From the NCBI GenBank assembly GCA_036337225.1, contig JAYZEP010000006.1, positions 161,802-225,801 on the forward strand: DNA of 64,000 nucleotides. The letters are read 5' to 3'. Positions 40,824 through 49,896 of the stretch are shown piece by piece. The notes beneath the pieces are model-generated. The model made no database searches. It saw only the letters and a list, made by a program, of their open reading frames with translations, and was not told the DNA's origin. A program made the translations under genes and the position numbers. The stretch is from Thermodesulfobacteriota bacterium. Lineage in GTDB: Bacteria > Desulfobacterota_D > UBA1144. Position 1 is the stretch's first letter. Each line of letters begins with the position of its first letter.

Positions 40824-41919
40824 CTATTTTTGACTGGACAATAGATCCTGGACTAGGTCCTGGATGTTACCATCCAAAAAAGATTCAACATTGCCAGTTT
40901 CGAAGCTGATTCTATGATCCTTTATCATTCTGTAAGGATGCAACACATATGACCGAATTTGATTACCCCAGCCTATATCCTTTTTCTCAGAATTAATTTT
41001 CTTTTCTTGCTCTTTAATTTTATTCATTTCTATATCGTATAATTTGGAAGATAAAATTTTCATTGCTGAAGCTTTATTTTGATGTTGAGATCGTTGATTT
41101 TGGCAACCCACGACTATGCCGGACGGAAGATGAGTAACTCTCACAGCAGAGTCAGTTTTATTAACGTGCTGACCACCGGCTCCACCCGCTCTAAAAGTTT
41201 CTATTTTTAAATCTTTATCATCTATATTGATATCAATATTTTCTTCGGCCTCAGGAATAACAGAGACAGAAGCAAAAGAAGTGTGTCGCCTTTTGTTCGA
41301 ATCAAAAGGAGATATTCGAACTAATCTATGAACCCCGGTTTCGTTACTTAAAAAACCATATGCGAATTCTCCTTTAATCAGAATGGTGCAATTCTTTATA
41401 CCAGCCTCTTCTCCATCTAAAATGTCTAGAAATTCAGCTTTAAAATTATTGATTTCCGCATATCTTAAATACATTCTAGATAGCATATACGCCCAGTCTT
41501 GTGCTTCGGTTCCACCAGCTCCGGAATTAATGGATAGGATGGCATTCTTTGTATCATCTTTACCAGAAAGCATCATCTTGATTTCGAACTCCTCCAAAAT
41601 CTTGCGAAATCCAATCAAAGACTGTGTCAGTTCGTCAATTAAATTACCATCTATATCTTCTGATTTATAAAGACTTATAAGCTCGGTGGAATCATTTAAT
41701 TCAGATTCAAGAGCCTGATAAGTTTCCAGATTCTTTTTAATAATTGATATTTCTTTTAACACACTTTGTGCTTTATTCTTGTCGTTCCAAAAATCTGGCT
41801 CTTCACTATCCTTCTTTAGTATATCTAAACGTTTTGTTTGAGTATCCGGGTCAAAGATAGTCTCTTACTTTCTTAAGTCTTATTTGAAAATCTTTTACGG
41901 TCTGGTTTAATTCAATCAT
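40824..41919 (-). CDS. prfB: peptide chain release factor 2 (requires programmed +1 frameshift)
   Basis: Frame 0 gives MIELNQTVKDFQIRLKKVRDYL then TGA (41919-41851). The +1 frame continues from 41852 as DPDTQTKRLDILKKDSEEPDFWND.. into the track ORF 40824-41762. SPF tripeptide (RISPFDS) and GGQHVN motifs are present. Confidence 0.92.
41850..41856 (-). other. RF2 programmed +1 frameshift site CTT TGA C
   Basis: The minus strand reads ..AGA GAC TAT CTT TGA CCC... TAT CTT TGA C is identical to the classical prfB slippery/stop context. Confidence 0.85.
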
Positions 41920-41983
41920 GTTTCTACCTTGCAAATAATGTTATATTTAATCTAACATTTTTATTGCCTAAAGGGAGTATAAA

Positions 41984-43117
41984 TTGAAAAATCTCGTATT
42001 AACACCTGGTCCCGTCCCTGTTCCAGAATTCGTTATGCTGGAAATGGCAAAACCGATAATTCACCATAGAACAGAAGAATTTGAAGAGATTTTTTACACT
42101 GCTACTGAGGGACTGAAAAGTATTTTTCAAACCAAAGAAGAAGTTTTGATACTTGCCTCATCTGGAACGGGCGCCATGGAAGCAGCCGTATCAAATACCT
42201 TGTCCAAAGGAGATAAGGCTTTGGTTGTAAATGGTGGAAAGTTCGGTGAAAGATGGTCAAAAATATGTAAAGCATTTGGTATTGAAGTAGTAGAAATTTC
42301 TGTGGAGTGGGGGTACACGGTTGATCCTATCGAAATACAAAAAGCCCTTTCTGAAAATAAAGAAATAAAGGCAATATTGGTTCAGGCGAGCGAAACCTCA
42401 ACCGGAGCAATGCACCCAATTAAAGAAATTGCGGCTATAACAAGAGATAAGGATGATGTGATATTAATCGTAGATGGTATTACTGGTGTGGGCGTTTTTC
42501 CAATTGAATTTGACAATTGGGGGATTGATATATTAATTGGTGGTTCACAGAAGGCATTCATGTTGCCACCAGGGCTAGCTTTTCTTTCTCTTAGTGAAAA
42601 AGCGCGAGAATTTTCAAAGAAGTCAACTCTGCCAAAATTTTATTTCGACCTAGAAACCGCATTAAAAAATAGTCTAAAAAAAACTTCCCCTTGGACTCCG
42701 GCCTTGACATTGGTAATCGGTCTCAATGCCGTCTTAAATTATTTTAACGATATTGGTCTAGATGGCCTTTATAAAAAACATTCCATTATGTCAGAAGCTA
42801 CACGAAAAGGTTTTCAAGCAATCGGGCTTGAATCTTTTGCCCAGAACGACCCTAGTACTGCGTTATCGGTAATAATGTCACCGGATAATATTAACGCTGG
42901 AACTATCGTCAAGGGGCTGAAAGAAAAATATGGGATTATTGTTGCTGGTGGACAGGACCAAGCAAAAGGTAAAATTTTCAGAATAACTCATATGGGCGAC
43001 GTACATAAAGAAGATATTATTCTGGTAATTAATGCTGTTGAAAATATTTTAGAAGATACCGGTTTTGACTTAGAAAAAGGATTAGCCTCAAGTACAGCGG
43101 AAGCAATATTCAAGTAA
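41984..43117 (+). CDS. class V aminotransferase (serine-pyruvate / alanine-glyoxylate aminotransferase family)
   Basis: 377 aa. TPGPVPV N-terminus, and GGSQKAFMLPPGLAF containing the PLP lysine. TTG start with AAGGGAG 7 nt upstream. Confidence 0.85.
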   Translation: MKNLVLTPGPVPVPEFVMLEMAKPIIHHRTEEFEEIFYTATEGLKSIFQTKEEVLILASSGTGAMEAAVSNTLSKGDKALVVNGGKFGERWSKICKAFGIEVVEISVEWGYTVDPIEIQKALSENKEIKAILVQASETSTGAMHPIKEIAAITRDKDDVILIVDGITGVGVFPIEFDNWGIDILIGGSQKAFMLPPGLAFLSLSEKAREFSKKSTLPKFYFDLETALKNSLKKTSPWTPALTLVIGLNAVLNYFNDIGLDGLYKKHSIMSEATRKGFQAIGLESFAQNDPSTALSVIMSPDNINAGTIVKGLKEKYGIIVAGGQDQAKGKIFRITHMGDVHKEDIILVINAVENILEDTGFDLEKGLASSTAEAIFK

Positions 43118-43194
43118 ATAATTCTTGTGTAAGAAATAAATATTTTATTTTAAAAATTCATTAATTTTCTATCTAGTAGACTTATTTGGAGTAT

Positions 43195-44277
43195 TCAGAA
43201 TAAGTTTTCAATTTTTGAAAGTTTATTTTCGAACATGGCATCGATTAATACTAAGTTGACCATTGCCTCTGCAATCGGAACAGCTCTTGGACATAGACAT
43301 GGATCGTGTCTACCTCTAACTCTTAAATTTCTAGCCTTACCAGATTTATTGATTGATTTTTGTGGTTTTGAAATTGATGAGGTTGGCTTTAAAGCAAACC
43401 TTAGAATTAAATCTTGACCGTTCGTGATTCCACCTAGCATACCACCCGCATTATTTGAAGAAAACTGCACTTTTCCTTTCTTTTTTCCTGTCATGACATC
43501 ATTAACTTCAGATCCTTTTTTCTCCGCAATTCCAAAACCCATTCCAATTTCAAATCCTCTTACGCCACCTATACTCATTATTGACGATGCTAATCTAGCA
43601 TCAATTTTATTAAACACCGGGGATCCAAGACCTGCAGGAATCCCTATGGTCCGCACTTCAATGACTCCACCAATCGAATCACCCTCTCGTCTTACAGTAT
43701 CAATAATCGAGCTCATTTCTTTAAATTTATTTTTATCTGGACATCTTAGAGGGTTTTTTTCTATATATTTGAAATCGATTTTTTCTATCTTTATATCCCC
43801 AATCTGACAAACATATCCGTAAGTTTTAACACCCATTTTATTCAAAATTTTTTTTGCAACTGCCCCGGCAGCTACTCTTCCTACCGTTTCTCTATTAGAG
43901 GATCGACCTCCCCCTCTATAGTCTCTGAATCCATATTTTTCATCATAAGTTAAATCTGCGTGTCCCGGACGATATATATCTTTAAAATCTTCATAGGATT
44001 TGGAAATAACATCAATATTATGAACAAGCATTGAAATTGGGGCACCAGTGGTTTTATTCTTAAAAAGCCCGGATAAAATTTCTACTTTGTCATCTTCTTT
44101 TCTTTGTGACGTGAGAATGCTTTGACCAGGTTTACGCCTATCAAGTTCGAATTGAATATCTTTAGCAGTCAGAGGAAGTCCGGCCGGGCAACCATCGATT
44201 ACAACACCTACGGCTTTTCCGTGAGACTCGCCCCATGTAGTAATTCTAAATAAGTTTCCAAAAGAATTTCCGGGCAT
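43195..44277 (-). CDS. aroC: chorismate synthase
   Basis: 360 aa. FRITTWGESHG, GGGRSSNRET, and RHDPC. Confidence 0.95.
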   Translation of the reverse strand: MPGNSFGNLFRITTWGESHGKAVGVVIDGCPAGLPLTAKDIQFELDRRKPGQSILTSQRKEDDKVEILSGLFKNKTTGAPISMLVHNIDVISKSYEDFKDIYRPGHADLTYDEKYGFRDYRGGGRSSNRETVGRVAAGAVAKKILNKMGVKTYGYVCQIGDIKIEKIDFKYIEKNPLRCPDKNKFKEMSSIIDTVRREGDSIGGVIEVRTIGIPAGLGSPVFNKIDARLASSIMSIGGVRGFEIGMGFGIAEKKGSEVNDVMTGKKKGKVQFSSNNAGGMLGGITNGQDLILRFALKPTSSISKPQKSINKSGKARNLRVRGRHDPCLCPRAVPIAEAMVNLVLIDAMFENKLSKIENLF

Positions 44278-44324
44278 AAAAAGATTTTATCTTCAAAAAA
44301 AATATAATGCAATTTGAGCAAACA

Positions 44325-45323
44325 TTATATAATCAACATTGCATCTCCATAGCTATAAAAATTTAGCCTTTCTTTTATTGCAAGCTTATAGCATTTCATC
44401 GTTAACTCGTATCCAAGAAAAGCTGAAACTAGAATCAAAAGTGTTGATTTTGGCAAGTGAAAATTAGTTATTAAACCGTTTACAAAATTAAATTGAAAGC
44501 CATCCCGAATAAACAAATCTGTTCCGACCCATTTATTAGCATAATCATCATCAAACTGGCAGGATTCGATAGCCCTTAAAGTTGTAGTACCTACAGAAAT
44601 AATTCTTTTGTTTTCCTTTTTGTTCTTCTTAATCTTTTCAATTAATTCTTTATGGATAAAGAATCTCTCTTGATGCATTTTATGATTCCTAATGTCTTTT
44701 TCCTTAACGGGAAGAAAAGTTCCCAAGCCAACATGAAGAGTAAGATAGTCGATATCTACTCCGTTGTCTTTCATGGACTTTATTAGTTCATTTGAAAAAT
44801 GCAATCCCGCTGTTGGGGCAGCAATGGACCCCGCCTTTTTTGCATAGACTGTCTGGTAATCAATTTTATCAGAATCATCTGGGCTCCTACCTATATAGGG
44901 TGGTATCGGCATTTTGCCACATTCTTGAATTACCTCACTGGATTCGCAATCAAAAACAATGCGCCATTCCCCGTTTATTTTTCTTAAATAACCTTTGGTT
45001 CCATTACAGAAAGAGATTCGTGTATTTTTTGGATTTTTAGTTAGGACGGTCCAGGTTCTTTGATCAATTTCGTTTACTAGTAATATTTCTCTTGAGTTAT
45101 TTTTTTCATCTTTAGCAAACAACAAAACTGGGTCAACTTTTGTGTCGTTAAAGATTAACAAATCCTCGTCGGTAATATAATTTGTAATATTTTCGAACTT
45201 TGTGATATCTATTTTTTCAGATTTTCTATTAACTACTAATAAATTCGATGAGCCCCTTGGCTTGGATGGCCGTGTTGCAATCAGATCGTTTGGTAAATCA
45301 AAAACAAAAGAAGATAAATCCAT
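44325..45323 (-). CDS. queA: S-adenosylmethionine:tRNA ribosyltransferase-isomerase
   Basis: 332 aa. FDLPNDLIATRP, YQTVYAK..GSIAAPTAGLHF, and VGTTTLRA. Confidence 0.93.
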   Translation of the reverse strand: MDLSSFVFDLPNDLIATRPSKPRGSSNLLVVNRKSEKIDITKFENITNYITDEDLLIFNDTKVDPVLLFAKDEKNNSREILLVNEIDQRTWTVLTKNPKNTRISFCNGTKGYLRKINGEWRIVFDCESSEVIQECGKMPIPPYIGRSPDDSDKIDYQTVYAKKAGSIAAPTAGLHFSNELIKSMKDNGVDIDYLTLHVGLGTFLPVKEKDIRNHKMHQERFFIHKELIEKIKKNKKENKRIISVGTTTLRAIESCQFDDDYANKWVGTDLFIRDGFQFNFVNGLITNFHLPKSTLLILVSAFLGYELTMKCYKLAIKERLNFYSYGDAMLII

Positions 45324-46523
45324 CTAATTCTTAAGCTTGTTTAAAATCAGTCTCAAAGAATTAAGTTGTATGAAGCCTGTTGCATCACTCTGGTTATATA
45401 AATTATCTTCTTCAAATGTAGCCAGCTTTGAATTGTATAAGGAATATTTAGATTTTCTACCTACTATTCTTACGTTACCTTTATGTATTTTTACTTTGAC
45501 ATCCCCTGTTACATTATTCTGGGATTCTTTAATGAAAGCCATCAGCACTTTCATCTCAGGTGAATACCAAAATCCGTTATAAATTAGTTGAGATATCTTT
45601 GGCACTAGTGAATCTCTTAAGTGCATAACTTCTCTATCCATGGTTATCGACTCTATAGCCCTATGCGCAATATTCAAGATTGTCCCGCCAGGTGTTTCGT
45701 ATACACCTCTAGATTTCATTCCAACAAATCTATTTTCAACAATGTCTACCACGCCAACACCATTATCTCCACCGGCTTTATTTAATTTTGTTAGAAGATT
45801 GACTGGACTAATTGTTTTTCCATTTAAAGCATAAGGTGCCCCATTCTTAAATGAGATAGTTATATAGGTAGGTCGATTTGGTGTTTTTTCTATATTCTTA
45901 ACCATCTCATACATTTCTGGAGGTGGTTCAACCCAAGGATCTTCTAAAATCCCTCCTTCGTAACTGATATGATAAATATTCCTATCGCAACTATAAGGTT
46001 TAGATTTAGTAACCGGTACAGCAATTTTATTTTTTTTCGCGTAGTTAATGCAACATTCCCTTGATTTAAGATCCCAAATTCTCCAAGGGGCTATTATGTC
46101 AATTGTTGGAGCTAGTGCCTTAAAAGTAAGTTCGAACCTTACTTGATCATTTCCCTTTCCTGTAGAGCCATGTGACACCGCAAAAGCTTTTTCTTTTTTT
46201 GCTATTTGAATCTGTCTCCTTGCAATCAAGGGACGAGCGATAGACGTGCCAAGTAGGTAACTACCTTCATAAATTGAGCTTGCTTGTATCATAGGGAAAA
46301 CAAACTCTTTTACAAATTCATTTCTTAAATCTTCAACATAAACCTTAGCAGCGCCAACTTTTTTTGCTCTTTTGGCTATAGCCTTAAGATCTTCTTGTTG
46401 TCCCAGGTTAGCGATGTAGGCTACTATATCGGCATTATAATTTTCTTTTAACCAGTGAAGTATTACCGAAGTATCGAGTCCACCTGAGTAAGCAAGAACG
46501 ATTGTTTTTCTTTTTATAGCCAA
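45324..46523 (-). CDS. argG: argininosuccinate synthase
   Basis: 399 aa. AYSGGLDTS PP-loop and HGSTGKGNDQVRFE. TTG start. Confidence 0.95.
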   Translation of the reverse strand: MAIKRKTIVLAYSGGLDTSVILHWLKENYNADIVAYIANLGQQEDLKAIAKRAKKVGAAKVYVEDLRNEFVKEFVFPMIQASSIYEGSYLLGTSIARPLIARRQIQIAKKEKAFAVSHGSTGKGNDQVRFELTFKALAPTIDIIAPWRIWDLKSRECCINYAKKNKIAVPVTKSKPYSCDRNIYHISYEGGILEDPWVEPPPEMYEMVKNIEKTPNRPTYITISFKNGAPYALNGKTISPVNLLTKLNKAGGDNGVGVVDIVENRFVGMKSRGVYETPGGTILNIAHRAIESITMDREVMHLRDSLVPKISQLIYNGFWYSPEMKVLMAFIKESQNNVTGDVKVKIHKGNVRIVGRKSKYSLYNSKLATFEEDNLYNQSDATGFIQLNSLRLILNKLKN

Positions 46524-46524
46524 A

Positions 46525-46959
46525 TCATGTATTTCCTATGCCTTGATAATCAAACAGGTAAAAAGTAGCTTTTTTCTCATTGTAACCTTTCTCAAGTTTG
46601 TAACCAACATATTCAAGTTTTTCGAGAGGATCTCCGTCACGTTTTTCTTCTTTTTGGTCATCTGAGAACTTACATTGAAATTTTAAATATTCTGGGTTGG
46701 GTCTTTGAGCGTCCGGATACGTTGTAAAAGTTAATGAAATATCTTTTTCTAATTCCTGGGTATTTGGAAGTGTGAAACCAATGGCAATATGGACGGTGGG
46801 TAGTTCAAGAACGTAAAGTTTAATCGGTAAAGAACCCTCACCCTTGTTTTCGTTTTTTACAGTAACAGTATAGCTAGAATGAGGCAGCTGCTCATTCCCA
46901 ATAGCAGTTTGCACTGCATCATAATCTTCATTTTGAATTACTCCACCAATACTTAACAT
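46525..46959 (-). CDS. hypothetical protein (144 aa)
   Basis: The track ORF (198 aa from 47121) overlaps pgeF by 119 nt. The internal ATG at 46959 is preceded by GGAGAG-6 nt and removes the overlap. No signal peptide and no family recognised. Confidence 0.55.
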   Translation of the reverse strand: MLSIGGVIQNEDYDAVQTAIGNEQLPHSSYTVTVKNENKGEGSLPIKLYVLELPTVHIAIGFTLPNTQELEKDISLTFTTYPDAQRPNPEYLKFQCKFSDDQKEEKRDGDPLEKLEYVGYKLEKGYNEKKATFYLFDYQGIGNT

Positions 46960-47002
46960 TTTATTCTCTCCATTATCAACATTATCAAAGTATTTATAAT
47001 AT

Positions 47003-47662
47003 CTAATTAAGTTTGATAATGCTAATCTGACTATTCTTTTTCGATTTATCTCTCCTATATGAATAAAAATCATCCTCACACTTTGTACATTTAGCAAGTA
47101 AATCGATTTGCTGTACGCCACTATTCTTTAGGAAATTTCTATTGATACTTTGTAGATTTAAATAATATTTTTCTCCAATCTGACTAAAATCATCAGGGAA
47201 GAGGCTATGCTCATGATCAAACTTATCCCACAACGGCTTGCTAACTTCGTAGCAACACACACCAATAGAGGGACCAAGGGCAGCAATAATATCTTCTGGA
47301 TTACAATTAAATTCGTTTAGAATTCTTTCTATAGTTTTATTCACAATATTATAAAATGTTCCTCTCCAGCCAGCATGAACTACGGCAATGAAACTGGAAC
47401 TCTCATCGCTTAACAATATTGGTACACAATCAGCAGTTCGTACGCCAATAAACAAATTTCTTTTGGAAGTTATTATTGCATCACCATCTTTTTGTTCGTT
47501 GCAATCAAAATCATCGGATACAGAAATTACTTTGTCACTATGGAGTTGATTTAAAAAATATACTTTCTCTAAATTAGGAAATACAAAATCTCTTTTTCCA
47601 AAATAATGTTCGATTCCATTTATGGAAGATAACAATCTCGAATTCAAGTAGTTCTCTATCAT
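47003..47662 (-). CDS. pgeF: purine nucleoside phosphorylase / laccase-domain protein PgeF (YfiH)
   Basis: 219 aa. TADCVPIL and VVHAGWRGT motifs of the YfiH/DUF152 family. Follows rluD as in many Proteobacteria. Confidence 0.88.
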   Translation of the reverse strand: MIENYLNSRLLSSINGIEHYFGKRDFVFPNLEKVYFLNQLHSDKVISVSDDFDCNEQKDGDAIITSKRNLFIGVRTADCVPILLSDESSSFIAVVHAGWRGTFYNIVNKTIERILNEFNCNPEDIIAALGPSIGVCCYEVSKPLWDKFDHEHSLFPDDFSQIGEKYYLNLQSINRNFLKNSGVQQIDLLAKCTKCEDDFYSYRRDKSKKNSQISIIKLN

Positions 47663-48597
47663 GTTCCCAGATACTCCATTATAGTGTCCAAATCCCTAGG
47701 CAATTTTGCGGACAGTTGAATTTCGCTCTTATTGGTTGGATGACGAAAAGATAAAGACTCTGCGTGTAAAAAATGCCTTTTAACGATTTTTTTTAGTCGG
47801 TTCTCTATATTTGAATTAAAACCCTTCATATAAATTTTATCTCCCAGGATAGGATGCCCTAGGAGACTTAAATGGACTCGGATTTGATGAGTTCGACCAG
47901 TTAATGGTTTCGCTTCTATAAGTGAAAATTTACCGAAGACTTTTTTTAATTCCCATTCGGTGATTGCAGATTTAGGAGAATTTGAATTCTGAGAAATTTT
48001 TGTTTTATTATTTTTGTCTCTTCCAATCTCAATATCAATCAAACCTTTTTCATCCTTGGGGATACCGTGGACCAAAGCCAGATAGCTTTTCTTTATTTCT
48101 CTATTGCTAAACTGATCCGATAAATTTCTGTGCGCCAAATCGTTCTTTGCAACTACCATAATCCCAGATGTTTCTTTGTCTAGTCTATGTACTATTCCTG
48201 GCCTCATAATCCCCCCGATCCCAGACAAATTCTTACAATAATAGAGCAAGGCGTTAACAAGTGTTGGATCGGTAATTCCCGATCCCACATGCACACTAAG
48301 TGGTGCAGGCTTGTTAATCACCGCTATATCATCATCTTCAAAAATAAACTCAATTGGAATGTCAACAGGCTCTAAATCGTAGGCTTGTAATTTAGGTGGA
48401 GATACTATTATTAAATCTTTTTCTCTTAACAAATATGACGCCTTTGTTTTTTTATTGTTACACAAGACGTACCCTCCCTTGATTAATTTCGCAATATACG
48501 ATCTTGATTTATCAGTCAAGTTATCTGATAAAAACCTGTCAAGTCTTGTACTTACAGCGCGTACGCCGACTATAAATTGCCATGAAGAGTTATCCAT
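47659..48597 (-). CDS. rluD: 23S rRNA pseudouridine synthase, RluD/RluA family
   Basis: 312 aa. N-terminal S4 domain (RLDRFLS) and catalytic HRLDKETSGIMVVAK. Confidence 0.9.
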   Translation of the reverse strand: MDNSSWQFIVGVRAVSTRLDRFLSDNLTDKSRSYIAKLIKGGYVLCNNKKTKASYLLREKDLIIVSPPKLQAYDLEPVDIPIEFIFEDDDIAVINKPAPLSVHVGSGITDPTLVNALLYYCKNLSGIGGIMRPGIVHRLDKETSGIMVVAKNDLAHRNLSDQFSNREIKKSYLALVHGIPKDEKGLIDIEIGRDKNNKTKISQNSNSPKSAITEWELKKVFGKFSLIEAKPLTGRTHQIRVHLSLLGHPILGDKIYMKGFNSNIENRLKKIVKRHFLHAESLSFRHPTNKSEIQLSAKLPRDLDTIMEYLGT

Positions 48598-48658
48598 TTT
48601 ATTATTTAATTATGTTCATATAGTTAAGTTAATCAAATTCTTAACGGGAGGATGAATC

Positions 48659-49540
48659 ATGGAACTATTAGAAGCAATAGGAAAAAGAAGAAGCATTAGG
48701 TTTTATAAAAGCTGGAAAAAGGTTGAGGATTGGAAAATTCAACAAATTCTTCAAGCTGCTAGATATGCCTCATGTCAAGGCAATTGCAATTCTACTGAGG
48801 CCTTAGTGATTGATAAGGCAAGTTATCCAAAGAAAAAATGGGATGAGATTGTTGGGTGTGTATCCGCATTTAACGAGTTGCACTTACAAACTGCTCCAAC
48901 ACTGGTAGTTTGGTTAACTAATTTAGACGGATGGTATAAAGATTTGGTAAAATCTTTTGCAGTACTTTTCCCGCTCAGAGCAATTTCGGCAGCACAAGGA
49001 TGGACGTACAAACTTTTAACCGAAACTACATACCCTAGGCTAATGAGTTTTCCCAAAGATAAAACAGAAGATTTATTCCGAATAGAAGCTGGCCAAGCAA
49101 TGGCTCACTCTATGCTTGCAGCCACAGACTTAGGGCTAGGGACATGTTTAATTGCAACAGGCAGAAACCCCCAAGCATTTCCTAAAGTGCTAGGTCTCCC
49201 AGACAACGTAATTCCTTTATGGGCAATGACTGTAGGTTATCCCCTAGAAGATCCAGATCAAAGGCCAAGAAAAAGATTTGATAGGCTATTCCATTTTAAC
49301 AAATACGGCAAGCCTCTTAAGGAGAATAAAGACGTAAAGGAACAGCTAAAAGAAGCTGGTATGATACTTGATCCAAATCCGATTGATCAAAGAGAAGAAG
49401 AATTGAGGAGCATTTGTAGATCTTTAGGACTTACAGAAGAAATGCCTGATATGCCAAAAAACAAAATAAAGGAATTGTATAAGAAAGATTCTCCATATTA
49501 TGGTGAGCTACCTAAGGACTTGATTAAAAGAGGTGTCTAA
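48659..49540 (+). CDS. nitroreductase-family flavoprotein with long C-terminal extension
   Basis: 293 aa. RRSIRFY FMN-binding start motif and a ..DLGLGTCLI.. core. There are roughly 80 extra C-terminal residues beyond a typical 200-220-aa nitroreductase. Confidence 0.7.
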   Translation: MELLEAIGKRRSIRFYKSWKKVEDWKIQQILQAARYASCQGNCNSTEALVIDKASYPKKKWDEIVGCVSAFNELHLQTAPTLVVWLTNLDGWYKDLVKSFAVLFPLRAISAAQGWTYKLLTETTYPRLMSFPKDKTEDLFRIEAGQAMAHSMLAATDLGLGTCLIATGRNPQAFPKVLGLPDNVIPLWAMTVGYPLEDPDQRPRKRFDRLFHFNKYGKPLKENKDVKEQLKEAGMILDPNPIDQREEELRSICRSLGLTEEMPDMPKNKIKELYKKDSPYYGELPKDLIKRGV

Positions 49541-49581
49541 TTCTTAATTGGGGGGATAGGTGGTGGACGAAATAGAGGAAT

Positions 49582-49896
49582 ATGATGGAGAAAAAAAGTG
49601 AAAGAATTGATTTAAAGTTTGGTCTGACAGCACCTGGGACTATGTGGAATTTGCTTTATGAAGGGATGGAGCAAAATGTAAATTTACGATCAACATTTAA
49701 AGGCAAAGACGAAGAAAGTATTGATGCATTAATCAAATTCGGTGAAATTCTAAGAAGGAAACAGGATTACGATATTAGCATAGTATCCAATGGGATTGAA
49801 ATTAACAAAGTCCTCCCAATAAATGATTTTAAGTCTGGGGAGCAATGGACAGCGCTAATGACAAAATTAAAAGACGAGATAACCAAAATGATTTAA
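49582..49896 (+). CDS. hypothetical protein (104 aa)
   Basis: ORF with a GGAATA-type weak RBS, soluble, no family recognised. Its stop shares a TTAA with the birA stop. Confidence 0.5.
   Translation: MMEKKSERIDLKFGLTAPGTMWNLLYEGMEQNVNLRSTFKGKDEESIDALIKFGEILRRKQDYDISIVSNGIEINKVLPINDFKSGEQWTALMTKLKDEITKMI

Noticed and set aside
43118-43194. Possible bidirectional terminator in the 77-nt gap between the aminotransferase gene and aroC (TTCTT-GTGT-AAGAA at 43122-43135).
   Set aside because: The stem is only 5 bp with one G:C pair, and no contiguous U-run follows on either strand. It is not distinguishable from chance in AT-rich DNA.
46960-47121. N-terminal 54 codons of the tracked 198-aa ORF, overlapping the pgeF 3' end by 119 nt.
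   Set aside because: The overlap is far longer than any other same-strand overlap here. The extension has no RBS, whereas the internal ATG at 46959 has GGAGAG upstream, so I shortened the gene.
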